From Nitrosopumilus sp. (GTDB lineage Archaea > Thermoproteota > Nitrososphaeria > Nitrososphaerales > Nitrosopumilaceae), in NCBI GenBank assembly GCA_963667665.2, contig OY763927.2, positions 960,001 to 1,024,000 of the forward strand: 64,000 bases of DNA, written 5' to 3'. Of this stretch, positions 18,450-28,052 are shown piece by piece. The stretch's first letter is position 1. Each line of letters begins with the position of its first letter. Position numbers and translations under genes: made by a program. The notes beneath the pieces were generated by a model. It was not told where the DNA came from, ran no database searches, and saw only the letters and a program-made list of their open reading frames with translations.

Positions 18450-20054
18450 CTACGTTACTTCCTTACTTGTAGCATCATCAGGTCCGGGTGTGTCAGGTCC
18501 TGGTGTATTAGAGCCAGGTCCACCTGCACTTGTCGCTGAAGTATCATTTTGGAAGTGTAACAAATCTTCTCCGGCAATTACATCTTCTTCAGGTGGTACA
18601 TAGTCGCGTACATCGTGTCTTGCTTTTCCTGGATACTTTCCTTGGGTTGCTTGTGCTACTATAAAGAACAAAGCAAATGCAATGATAGGAGGTATCATTG
18701 TATCCAATCCTGCCCATTCTTCTGGCATTGTAAAGAAGAATGCAAATCGAATTAGTGAACCAACAACAAGAGCTACAACGGCTGCGGGCATGTTTGCCTT
18801 TTTCCAGAACAAACCTAATGTGAGAGGAGCAAATGCTCCGGCAAAAACTATGTCAAATGCTAAGATGAGATAAATTCCAGGAGCTGGAACAAAGTAACCG
18901 ATAGCAGTTCCAACTATCATCATTGGAATAATTACAACACGAGTAACTTTGAGTAATTGACTATCACTCCAATTTGGTTTGCCCATCCATCGTCTTCGGA
19001 TAATTCTCTGCATCATATTTCTTGAAATTACACTGGAAATTGCCAATAGACCACCACTGGCAGTAGACATTGATGCTCCAACTACGCCCATTAGTATTGC
19101 TGCACCAATTGCAAATGGCAATACTTCTGTAGATAGTAAAGGTAAAGCCATGTTTGGATCAATATCTATTGGAAGATAGAAGAATGCTACAATTCCTAAC
19201 ATGCTAGTTGGAATTACTGTAAACATTGTAAGTGCGCCACCCATCAATGCACCTCTTTGTGCTGTTTTCGGGTTCTTAGCTGAAAATACTCGCTCCATAA
19301 AGTCAAGCGCAACGATATCTCCCAATCCTAGCGCAAGAATAGCACCCCAATTAATCAGCGCGCCATTAGCCATATCATACAATCCCGATAGATCCAAAAA
19401 CGCTGGTGGAGCGTTGTTGTAAATGACATCCCATGGAGTATCTGCAAAGCCACCATAGAAGAAAAGGAAACCAGCCCAAAATGCACCAATTGCAAGATAA
19501 ACTTGGAACAGATTTGTATAAGCCGATGCAAATAATCCTCCAGCAACTGTATAGATTACCACAACTATAGCTGAAATTGCAATACCATAGAAATAATTTA
19601 TACCAAACACAACTTCCAAAATAAATCCACTAGCTGCTAAATTGCCTGCAACAAGAATTAGAAAACTAACAATCATAAGAATGCCGGAAAGACCTTCTGC
19701 TCCATTTCCAAATCTTCTGAAATAGAAATCAGGTAATGTGATCATTGACATTTTGTTTAATGGTTTAGCATAGAATGCAGCTGTTACAAACAGACATAAT
19801 CCTAAACCAATTGGAATAACTGCTCCTGCCCAAAATCCAAATTCAAATACAAGAGCAACATTGCCTAACGATGAATTTCCATCAACTGCTTGAGCTGCAA
19901 GCATAGTTCCAACCATAAACAAAGGCAAACTTTTTCCTGCAATGATCAGTCGCTTACCACTATTTTTGACTAGTTTACCTGCAAATACCCCTACTGCAAG
20001 TGTAATGATAATAAATACGGCAACAGCGATGCCAAACCCATCCATCTCCACCAT
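18450..20054 (-). CDS. Sodium:solute symporter (SSS/SLC5, choline-transporter-like clade)
   Basis: About 13 TM helices; AGKSLP, FYAKPL..ITLPDF, YTVAGGL, ERVFSAK, ASMSTAS and LGLFWKKAN motifs. Confidence 0.88.
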   Translation of the reverse strand: MVEMDGFGIAVAVFIIITLAVGVFAGKLVKNSGKRLIIAGKSLPLFMVGTMLAAQAVDGNSSLGNVALVFEFGFWAGAVIPIGLGLCLFVTAAFYAKPLNKMSMITLPDFYFRRFGNGAEGLSGILMIVSFLILVAGNLAASGFILEVVFGINYFYGIAISAIVVVIYTVAGGLFASAYTNLFQVYLAIGAFWAGFLFFYGGFADTPWDVIYNNAPPAFLDLSGLYDMANGALINWGAILALGLGDIVALDFMERVFSAKNPKTAQRGALMGGALTMFTVIPTSMLGIVAFFYLPIDIDPNMALPLLSTEVLPFAIGAAILMGVVGASMSTASGGLLAISSVISRNMMQRIIRRRWMGKPNWSDSQLLKVTRVVIIPMMIVGTAIGYFVPAPGIYLILAFDIVFAGAFAPLTLGLFWKKANMPAAVVALVVGSLIRFAFFFTMPEEWAGLDTMIPPIIAFALFFIVAQATQGKYPGKARHDVRDYVPPEEDVIAGEDLLHFQNDTSATSAGGPGSNTPGPDTPGPDDATSKEVT

Positions 20055-20099
20055 GTGTTTATTGATTTGATCAAGCTATATTAGCTTTGAATTTTGCAA

Positions 20100-20140
20100 G
20101 TATAGTACGTTTTATGAGGAAAAAATTATTCGTATAATAC
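20100..20140. promoter_or_regulatory. Two GTA-N3-TAC sites upstream of the symporter
   Basis: GTATAGTAC 20100-20108 (centre 50 bp from the ATG) and GTATAATAC 20132-20140. Confidence 0.65.
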
Positions 20141-20317
20141 ATTTTATGAAATAATTTCTATAAATTTCATGATTTTAAAGAAAACTTTTACGATCATAGT
20201 ATGAAATTCATAATTTGTAATTTACAAAAATAATTTATTTTTAAGATAATTTTTCGATCAAACATTCATTACGATTTTAATTCAAAATTTTATTAATTCA
20301 ACAATCTTGCACATATC

Positions 20318-20488
20318 GTGGATAAACAATATGCCATTGCAGTAATTCTGATTATCTTAGGACTGGGGTTAAACCAATCTGGCTCAGCTAACCCATTCTA
20401 TAGTGGTCTTGGAATAGGAGTCATAGCAATGGGAACATTTTGGGTAGTAATTAGATTAATTAAAGAACTCAAGAAAAAACAATCTTAA
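20318..20488 (+). CDS. 56-aa two-helix membrane protein (not in ORF track)
   Basis: GTG start; MDKQYAIAVILIILGLGL...GLGIGVIAMGTFWVVIRLIKELKKKQS*. Confidence 0.6.
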   Translation: MDKQYAIAVILIILGLGLNQSGSANPFYSGLGIGVIAMGTFWVVIRLIKELKKKQS

Positions 20489-20536
20489 TTTTCAAAATTC
20501 ATAAAATAATATAAACACTAATTTAGAATATTTTGT

Positions 20537-21049
20537 GTGCCAGGAAAAGGATATTCTACATTTGGTATGAAACCTGTAATTACAACTAGATTACAAGAAG
20601 CAACAGACAAGAGTTATCCTGGAATGTTTCTTCCCAGTACATTAATTATCATAATGAATGAGATCAAGAGAGGATATTATTCAGTAGAATCACATAAAAT
20701 AAAATTAGATTTGTCTGGTAGATACAATACCATAACTATAAGATCAGATGTTAAAGAATGGTCAGTAGAAAATCATGAAAAACTTGGAAAAGATTATGAA
20801 GAAAGATACAATGTAAAATGCTTTACAAAATTTGTGAGTTATTTTATAGTTAACATGTTAGAATCAAAAAGTGATGCTCAAAACCATTCTATTAGTCTAA
20901 AGGAATTAGATTTCAGTTGGCTTCAAGATAAATATAAAAAACAAAAAAAGAGTCCTGAAGGAATTTCTAGTTTTGAACGATTTGCAGATAGTTACATTAA
21001 TGATTTACTGGTAAAGATTAAAGCGGCAAAAGAAATCTTAACATTATAA
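20537..21049 (+). CDS. Hypothetical protein with internal repeats, possibly tandem ribbon-helix-helix
   Basis: Three segments starting YSTFGMK / YNTITIR / NHSISLK, each followed by helices. Confidence 0.6.
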   Translation: MPGKGYSTFGMKPVITTRLQEATDKSYPGMFLPSTLIIIMNEIKRGYYSVESHKIKLDLSGRYNTITIRSDVKEWSVENHEKLGKDYEERYNVKCFTKFVSYFIVNMLESKSDAQNHSISLKELDFSWLQDKYKKQKKSPEGISSFERFADSYINDLLVKIKAAKEILTL

Positions 21050-21082
21050 ATTTTATTTATAACAATTTAAATTTATAAAAAA

Positions 21083-21334
21083 TTAAAGTGGTGTCATAGT
21101 ATCAATTAATCGTGCATTAACAACATGACAATCTTTTTCTTGTATTTCAAGGTCTACAGTATATTTCAAACCATCTAGCATGAAATTAACTTGAACATCC
21201 CAAGATACTCTAGGTCCTTTTTCAGGAACTTGGAATGTTTCATTCACTCTAAAGTCACTTACGTCACCATATAATGCATTGATTATTCTACGAGACTCTC
21301 TATCGATGTCTTCTGATGTGCTAACAGCCTGCAT
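21083..21334 (-). CDS. Small hypothetical protein (possibly PepSY-like fold)
   Basis: 83-aa ORF; helix followed by beta strands WDVQV..YTVDLEI..VVN. Confidence 0.65.
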   Translation of the reverse strand: MQAVSTSEDIDRESRRIINALYGDVSDFRVNETFQVPEKGPRVSWDVQVNFMLDGLKYTVDLEIQEKDCHVVNARLIDTMTPL

Positions 21335-21395
21335 AACTAAACTATCAAAGAATGAATATAAAAATATTCTAATTAATTTTTCCTAGTAACAGTCA

Positions 21396-22652
21396 TCATA
21401 ATTTTGTTAGTCTTTTTAAAAATGATTCTTTATTCATTTTGTCCAACTTTTCTTGAACTTTAAATCGATGAAAAATTGCAGTTTGATTTGTAGGTTCAAG
21501 TTCTAGTGCTTTGTTGTAACATTTTAGAGACTCTTCATATTTTTTTAATAATAAAAGTAATTTTCCTTTATAGCTTATTGCATAGACGTAATTAGGATTG
21601 ATTTTTAGTGCTTTTTCACAATATTCAAGCGCCTCATCATATTTTTTTGAGTGTTCTAGAAACCACACCATAGTGCATAACGCCAGTACATTTCTTGGTT
21701 CAATCTCCAAAGCACATTCAAAATAGAATCTTGCTTTACCAAATTTTTTCAACTGAAACAAAGATGTGCCTTTACTGTAAAGTGCCTTAACATTATCAGA
21801 GTCATATTCTAAAATTTTATCGAAACACTCTATGGCTTTTTTATATAGTCGTGTTCTATCCAAGACTATTCCTTTATTGAATTGAGCATCAGTACATTTA
21901 GGATCAATTTTTAGGGCGTCATCATAAAAAACAAAAATCTCTTTGTTTGAAAATCCTGCTAAATCAAGAGTCCATCCCTTAGCCACAAGAGCTTTAGTAT
22001 TTTTCTTATCTATCTCCAGAGCTTTTGTATAGAATTTTATTGCTTCTTCATGTTTTCCTTTCTTTGTACGCTTCTGTCCTTTTTCATATAGAATGTCTGA
22101 TTGTCTAGAATCTTCATCAATAGCTTTTTGTAAGAATAGCATGGACTCTGAACTTTTTGCTAATCTTCCCAGAATCAAACTTTTGGCGTAAAGAGCAGCC
22201 GAGTTTTTTGGATTATTCAATAAAACTTGATCAATTATTGTTATAGCCTCATCATTACGCTCTAATTTACTTAAACATAATCCCATAGATGTTAATGAAT
22301 CAGAATATTGTGAATCAATTTCAAGAGATTTTTTGAAAGAAGATATTGCTTCTTCGTATTTTTCTATTTTTTCAAGTGCAAGACCTTTGTTGTATAAAGC
22401 ATCAAGACTTTTGGGATCTATAGATAAAATTTTATCAAAACAAATTATAGCATTTTGAAAATCTTCCAATTTGTATAATGTCCTGCCTTTATGAAGTTGA
22501 GCTACAATGTTTTCAGGTTCAAGTGAAATAGCCTTGTTAAATTTTAAAACAGCTTTTTTAAATTGATTGTAATAAACTGCGGTTAATCCTTGATTTAAAA
22601 AATACCATGCATTTTTTGAATTTTGTAAAATCATATTGGTATTGTCACCCAA
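21396..22652 (-). CDS. Tetratricopeptide repeat protein
   Basis: About 11 34-aa repeats of KG...A...F/YDKAL.IDP. Confidence 0.9.
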   Translation of the reverse strand: MGDNTNMILQNSKNAWYFLNQGLTAVYYNQFKKAVLKFNKAISLEPENIVAQLHKGRTLYKLEDFQNAIICFDKILSIDPKSLDALYNKGLALEKIEKYEEAISSFKKSLEIDSQYSDSLTSMGLCLSKLERNDEAITIIDQVLLNNPKNSAALYAKSLILGRLAKSSESMLFLQKAIDEDSRQSDILYEKGQKRTKKGKHEEAIKFYTKALEIDKKNTKALVAKGWTLDLAGFSNKEIFVFYDDALKIDPKCTDAQFNKGIVLDRTRLYKKAIECFDKILEYDSDNVKALYSKGTSLFQLKKFGKARFYFECALEIEPRNVLALCTMVWFLEHSKKYDEALEYCEKALKINPNYVYAISYKGKLLLLLKKYEESLKCYNKALELEPTNQTAIFHRFKVQEKLDKMNKESFLKRLTKL

Positions 22653-22674
22653 ATGTTATGTTTATAGTTAAAAC

Positions 22675-22747
22675 GTACATTACACATAATTGATTTTTTT
22701 AGAAAATGATGATATTTAATAATTAAAATACAATATACGTACTTTAC
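22675..22747. promoter_or_regulatory. Two GTA-N3-TAC sites upstream of the ureohydrolase
   Basis: GTACATTAC 22675-22683 and GTACTTTAC 22739-22747 (centre 50 bp from the ATG); TTTAATTA box at 22756-22763. Confidence 0.65.
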
Positions 22748-22792
22748 TTGAAATCTTTAATTATCAAAGTTGCACATAGAATTTGATTTAAA

Positions 22793-23908
22793 ATGGGCAT
22801 GGAATTTTATGGTGATGATTTTCAAGGTGCAGATGTTGCGCCATTTGTAGGAATTAATACATTTTTACATCTTCCTTGGGTAAAGACACACAAAGAATTA
22901 CTTGAAGCAAAACCAGACGTTGCAATTATTGGAGAGCCATTTGACTTTGGTACTACTATCCGCCCCGGAGCAAGATATGGGCCAAGAGCAATTAGAGCTG
23001 CATCTACAATTCCATCACCACCTTTTGAACGATTCAACATTGAAACGGGTGCAGACCCATTTGGAACTTTTCGAACAGTAGATTATGGAGACGTCATAGT
23101 TTCACCAGGGGATGTTATAGAATCACACAAGAGGATGACTCTAAAAGTTAAGGAAGTGTTAGAGGCAGATGGTATTCCTGTAATGCTTGGAGGAGATCAC
23201 TCAATTACTTATGCAAACGTTAGAGCATTTCAGAAAAAATACAAAAACATAGGCATGATTCATTTTGACACACACGCTGATTGTGCACCACAAGGACTAA
23301 CGGGTTTCAAGTATGATCATGGAGCACATATTAGAAGAATAATGGAGATGGGTTGTCTTAAAGGAAAGAACTACTCGCTTGTAGGTCCAAGAGGATATTG
23401 GCCAGGACGTGATTTGTACAAATGGATGTCAGACCAAGATTTCCAATGGTTTACAATGCTTGATGTTGAAGAATTAGGAATTGATGTTATTGCAAAAGAA
23501 ATAGCTGATAGAGCAAATGATGGAACAGATGCAGTCTATCTTAGTTGGGATATTGATTCTTTTGATCCTGCTTATGCACCAGGTACGGGAGAACCAGAAC
23601 CAAACGGACTTACATCAAGAGAAGGCATTAGAATGATTCGTCTATTATCAAAATCATTTGATCCTGATAGATTTGCAATGGATTTGGTAGAAATTGCTCC
23701 AGCATATGATGTCAGTGATTCAAGTTCTTACAACGGAGGAATCACATCTGGATTAGGACAAAGATTAGTTATTGAACTATTGGCAGGATTATCATTAACA
23801 AAGAGAGGTTTGGAGGGAGGAGATCCTGTAAGACCAAAGGCATACATGGGTACTGGAAACACATACAGTTTTGGTAATCCAACATCTAAAATTCCAAAGA
23901 GAGATTAA
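22793..23908 (+). CDS. Ureohydrolase (agmatinase/arginase/guanidinase superfamily), substrate unknown
   Basis: RPGARYGP, GGDHS, DTHAD, SWDIDSFDP, PGTG and EIAP: all dimetal ligands present. Confidence 0.92.
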   Translation: MGMEFYGDDFQGADVAPFVGINTFLHLPWVKTHKELLEAKPDVAIIGEPFDFGTTIRPGARYGPRAIRAASTIPSPPFERFNIETGADPFGTFRTVDYGDVIVSPGDVIESHKRMTLKVKEVLEADGIPVMLGGDHSITYANVRAFQKKYKNIGMIHFDTHADCAPQGLTGFKYDHGAHIRRIMEMGCLKGKNYSLVGPRGYWPGRDLYKWMSDQDFQWFTMLDVEELGIDVIAKEIADRANDGTDAVYLSWDIDSFDPAYAPGTGEPEPNGLTSREGIRMIRLLSKSFDPDRFAMDLVEIAPAYDVSDSSSYNGGITSGLGQRLVIELLAGLSLTKRGLEGGDPVRPKAYMGTGNTYSFGNPTSKIPKRD

Positions 23909-24303
23909 TGAAAATTGAAGTAGTGGTACAGGGAGATCCGGATATCAAGCCATTTACCAAGATATTTTATTATGAAAAATCTGATGAAACAATTTTCTTT
24001 GAATCCACACAATTAATCAAAAATCACCTATCAAACAATATGCGATTAAACATAAACGAGACACTAGGATTGTTTGTAGCTTATGTCATAACTTCGTTAA
24101 ATGAACGTAAAACAATCAACGAAATACAAAAACACATACCAGATATGCTTTTACCACATCAAGTGATGATTGGGGTTCCTGAAAGTTTGAGAAAACTAAC
24201 TTTTACAATTACAACCAAAGATATTGATAAAGAACAAATATTCATTACAACACCCATTCAAATTGTTCAATATTCTCTTGATGGACAGAAACAAACAGCA
24301 TAG
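23908..24303 (+). CDS. Divergent urease gamma-subunit (UreA)-like protein
   Basis: RLNINET...KTINEI...LLPHQVMIGVPESL aligns by eye with UreA KLNHPEA...RSVPEL...[14 protein letters not shown]; TAATG overlap with the ureohydrolase. Confidence 0.7.
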   Translation: MKIEVVVQGDPDIKPFTKIFYYEKSDETIFFESTQLIKNHLSNNMRLNINETLGLFVAYVITSLNERKTINEIQKHIPDMLLPHQVMIGVPESLRKLTFTITTKDIDKEQIFITTPIQIVQYSLDGQKQTA

Positions 24304-24317
24304 GAGTAATGGAATAA

Positions 24318-25076
24318 TTGATTGAAACAATAATGGGAATGTTACAAGCCAACAACCCTTTTTTAATTATAATTGCTGGTTTGATGATTGGATTATTGCA
24401 TGCTTTTGAGCCTGATCATCTTAGTGCAGTTTCCACTCAACTATTAAAAAACAACAATAATTCAAAGAGTTCAAAAAAACGAGACTTGCAAAATCTTACC
24501 ATTATCTCTTCTTTAAGAGGAGCACTTTGGGGAATGGGACATACATCAAGTATTATTTTAATCGGACTATTGATTGCAGGTTTATCATTAAACATACCTG
24601 ATGATTTTTTTATTAGTGCAGAAGTGCTTGTTGGTTTAATGTTGATTACTTTAGCAATTTTTACATTTACAAACAAAAGTATCTTTAAACAAAAACATGT
24701 TCATCCTCACACACATTCAGACGGAATTTCTCACACACATTCTCATGAACATAATGAAAATCACAAACATGGTCACAAAGCATACCTAATTGGTTGTGTT
24801 CACGGTATTGCAGGTAGTGGTAGTCTTGTTGCATTATTTGCATCTACAATGAATGGTTTTGATATGATGATTTATTTTCTAATTTTATTTGGCATAGGCA
24901 GTATAATTGGTATGACTGTTGCTAGCGGCGTTATGGGATTACCATTTATTTTATTATCAAAAGTTAATTCTATTACTAAATATCTAAGATACACAATAGC
25001 TAGTATAACTTTCATAATTGGTCTTAATATTATAATTACAATTGGATTAGATAATAAATTATTTTCTTTAAACTAA
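24318..25076 (+). CDS. UreH/NicO-like nickel transporter or Ni-handling membrane protein
   Basis: GLLHAFEPDH, WGMGH, a His-rich loop and GCVHGIAGS motifs. Confidence 0.85.
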   Translation: MIETIMGMLQANNPFLIIIAGLMIGLLHAFEPDHLSAVSTQLLKNNNNSKSSKKRDLQNLTIISSLRGALWGMGHTSSIILIGLLIAGLSLNIPDDFFISAEVLVGLMLITLAIFTFTNKSIFKQKHVHPHTHSDGISHTHSHEHNENHKHGHKAYLIGCVHGIAGSGSLVALFASTMNGFDMMIYFLILFGIGSIIGMTVASGVMGLPFILLSKVNSITKYLRYTIASITFIIGLNIIITIGLDNKLFSLN

Positions 25077-25095
25077 ACATATAGTTTGAAAACTA

Positions 25096-26808
25096 TTAAA
25101 ACAAATTGTATAGTCTTGACATAGAAACTTTGTCGGCAGGATCTGTTGTTGCAATTTTCCCATCAACTTTAACTTCATATGTTTCAGGATTTACCTCAAT
25201 GTTTGGAGTAAGATCATTATACAACATGTCTTTCTTTCCAATAGAACGGCAATTTTTCACAGGAACCAATTTCTTTTTTGAATTGATTTCAGATTCAATA
25301 CCCTTGTCTAGTGCCAGTTGAGATGTGAATGTTACAGAAGTGGAATATTTTGTTTGGCCAAGGGCTCCAAACATAGGACGATACATGACAGGTTCAGTAG
25401 TAGGAATTGATGCATTAGGATCACCCATAAGGGAATATGCAATAAAACCGCCTTTTATGATCATTTTTGGTTTGACTCCAAAAAATGCAGGGGACCAAAT
25501 TACAATATCAGCTAATCGTCCAGGCTGCAATGAGCCCACATAATCTGAAACTCCATGAGTTATGGCAGGATTTATTGTAATTTTAGCAAGATAACGCTTC
25601 ACTCTGAAATTATCATTTTGAGCATTGTCTTCAGGTAATGCACCAGCCATCTTTTTCATTTTATCAGCAGTCTGCCAATTTCTGGTTGTAACTTCTCCTA
25701 CTCTTCCCATAGCTTGACTATCAGAAGACATCATACTCAACACACCAATATCATGTAGTACATCCTCTGCAGCAATAGTCTCACCCCTAATTCTAGACAT
25801 TGCAAAGGAAACATCTTCAGGTACTGATGAGTTTAGATGATGGCAAACCATCATCATGTCAAGATGTTCTGCTAGTGTGTTTACTGTAAATGGTCTTGTA
25901 GGATTTGTAGATGAAGGAAGTATATTTTCTTCACCTGCAATTTTCATAATATCTGGAGCATGTCCACCTCCAGCACCTTCAGTATGATAAGTATGAATTG
26001 TTCTTCCTGCAATTGCTTCAATTGTGTCATCAACAAATCCACATTCATTTAGAGTATCAGTATGGATTGCAACTTGGGTATCAGTTTTGTCTGCAACCCT
26101 CAAAGCAGAATCAATCGTAGCAGGAGTTGTACCCCAATCTTCATGTAGTTTTAGTCCACAAGCTCCTGCTTCAATTTGTTCAAGTAATGCAGATTCACGA
26201 GAGTCATTTCCTTTTGCAAGAAATCCAAAGTTTAGTGGTAATTCATCAACAGACTCAATCATTCTATGAATATTCCATTTACCAGGAGTGCATGTTGTTG
26301 CATTTGTTCCATCAGCTGGACCAGTTCCACCGCCAATCATCGTGGTGGTACCATTACATATTGCATGTATTGCTTGTTGAGGAGAAATAAAATGAATATG
26401 TGAATCAATTGTTCCAGGAGTACAAATGGTATGCTCGCCGGCAATTATCTCAGTGTTAGAAGATATTACCATATCAATATCATCCATGATGTCAGGATTA
26501 CCAGCATTTCCTATTCCAACAATTTTTCCATCTTTTACTCCAATGTCTGCTTTGATAATTCCCAAAATAGGATCCATTACAATTGCGTTAGTAATTACAA
26601 GATCAAGTGATTCTGCTCTAGATACGCCACTTGCTTGCCCCTGCCCATCTCTTATGCTCTTTCCTCCTCCAAATACAGCCTCATCACCATACGTAGTCAA
26701 GTCTTTTTCAATTTCAATAATCAAATCAGTATCTGCAAGACGGATTCGGTCACCCACAGTAGGACCAAACAAATCAACATGTGTTTTTCTTGGAATATCT
26801 AGAGTCAT
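25096..26808 (-). CDS. ureC: Urease alpha subunit
   Basis: [37 protein letters not shown] and SDSQAMGR motifs. Confidence 0.99.
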   Translation of the reverse strand: MTLDIPRKTHVDLFGPTVGDRIRLADTDLIIEIEKDLTTYGDEAVFGGGKSIRDGQGQASGVSRAESLDLVITNAIVMDPILGIIKADIGVKDGKIVGIGNAGNPDIMDDIDMVISSNTEIIAGEHTICTPGTIDSHIHFISPQQAIHAICNGTTTMIGGGTGPADGTNATTCTPGKWNIHRMIESVDELPLNFGFLAKGNDSRESALLEQIEAGACGLKLHEDWGTTPATIDSALRVADKTDTQVAIHTDTLNECGFVDDTIEAIAGRTIHTYHTEGAGGGHAPDIMKIAGEENILPSSTNPTRPFTVNTLAEHLDMMMVCHHLNSSVPEDVSFAMSRIRGETIAAEDVLHDIGVLSMMSSDSQAMGRVGEVTTRNWQTADKMKKMAGALPEDNAQNDNFRVKRYLAKITINPAITHGVSDYVGSLQPGRLADIVIWSPAFFGVKPKMIIKGGFIAYSLMGDPNASIPTTEPVMYRPMFGALGQTKYSTSVTFTSQLALDKGIESEINSKKKLVPVKNCRSIGKKDMLYNDLTPNIEVNPETYEVKVDGKIATTDPADKVSMSRLYNLF

Positions 26809-27182
26809 TGGGTCATTCCTTTGAATCCTTTTTCAGTAGCTTTTTTGAATGCCTCTTCTTGCTTTTCTTCTAGACTTCCATTCACCAGTCCACTAAATCC
26901 ATAAACAATTTTTTTTCCTCCAAATTCCGTTAGTTCAATTTCTTTTGTATCTCCGGGTTCAAATCTAACTGATGTGCCGGCAGGAATATTGAGATGGTAT
27001 CCGTAAGATTGTTTCCTTTGAAATTCAAGAGCTTTGTTTACTTCAAAAAAGTGTGTATGTGATCCTACCTGTATTGGTCTATCTCCAGTATTTCTAACAC
27101 TAACAGATGTAGTTGATTTTCCTACGTTAGCAATGATAGGTTCATTAGATGAGAAGTATTCGCCAGGAATCATAGTTATCAC
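26805..27182 (-). CDS. ureB: Urease beta subunit
   Basis: [18 protein letters not shown] and [12 protein letters not shown] motifs. Confidence 0.98.
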   Translation of the reverse strand: MITMIPGEYFSSNEPIIANVGKSTTSVSVRNTGDRPIQVGSHTHFFEVNKALEFQRKQSYGYHLNIPAGTSVRFEPGDTKEIELTEFGGKKIVYGFSGLVNGSLEEKQEEAFKKATEKGFKGMTQ

Positions 27183-27481
27183 ACAATAGGGTCATGAATT
27201 GTTACAAGTTTAGTTCCATCTTCAAATGTTGCCTCCACTTGAATAGATGTAATTAATTCTACAACTCCAGGTAAAACATCATCTTTTGATAGAACATTTT
27301 TTCCAGAGCTCATAAGTTCCGGAACAGATCTTCCATCTCTTGCACCTTCTAAGATATGATCAGCAAGAATAGATACAGCTTCAGGATGATTAAGTTTCAA
27401 TCCACGATTTTTTCTTCTTCGAGCAAGTTCTGATGTAACAAAAACATTTAGTTTTTCTAATTCTCTAGGAGTAAGCATCAT
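27179..27481 (-). CDS. ureA: Urease gamma subunit
   Basis: [19 protein letters not shown] and [17 protein letters not shown] motifs; start taken at ATG 27481. Confidence 0.98.
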   Translation of the reverse strand: MMLTPRELEKLNVFVTSELARRRKNRGLKLNHPEAVSILADHILEGARDGRSVPELMSSGKNVLSKDDVLPGVVELITSIQVEATFEDGTKLVTIHDPIV

Positions 27482-27566
27482 TGAATTGGATAGTGTATCA
27501 GAGTATTTAATCATTAAAACGGTAAAATCTAACAAAGTATAACTCTGTCAAAAAACAAAGTTACTT

Positions 27567-28052
27567 GTGTTAGAAGTTAATTCCCCTATAGGAAATATTT
27601 TTCATGATAAAGAATTTGATAATTTGAAAAATGAGAATTTTGAAAGACTCAAGATTTCCCGAATTGAATTAGAAAAAAGAATTTTGAGAAGAAAGACAGA
27701 TCGAGGAACAGATATTGGTTTGAATTTAGACCCAGGAGTGAAACTTTGCAATGGAGATATTATCAAAAATGGAGATACAAAAATTGTTGTGGAGCAATTA
27801 CCAGAAAAAATAATTACAGTTAAACTAAAAAATGAAAAGATGACAGATGTAATGGTGCTGTTAGGGCACATCATTGGAAACAGACACAGACCGATATCCA
27901 TTCAAGGAGATGAGATTTCATTTCCAATTCAAGCAGATTCAGAAAAGGAAATATTTACAAAATTATTTCAGAGCATTATCAACCATATCAACATTACAGT
28001 AGAAGAACAGATATTTTCCCCTCAATTAGGTGCAGATGTACATGAACATTGA
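27567..28052 (+). CDS. ureE: Urease accessory protein UreE
   Basis: RRKTDRGTDIG and GHIIGNRH motifs; C-terminal HEH. Confidence 0.92.
   Translation: MLEVNSPIGNIFHDKEFDNLKNENFERLKISRIELEKRILRRKTDRGTDIGLNLDPGVKLCNGDIIKNGDTKIVVEQLPEKIITVKLKNEKMTDVMVLLGHIIGNRHRPISIQGDEISFPIQADSEKEIFTKLFQSIINHINITVEEQIFSPQLGADVHEH

Noticed and set aside
20073-20087. Palindrome AAGCTA-TAT-TAGCTT over the symporter TATA box
   Set aside because: Only one full copy was seen (a half-site at about 16204), which is too little to call a second operator
22793-23908. Calling the ureohydrolase a guanidinase (gdmH) or speB
   Set aside because: The specificity loops match neither as I recall them, so the substrate cannot be assigned from sequence
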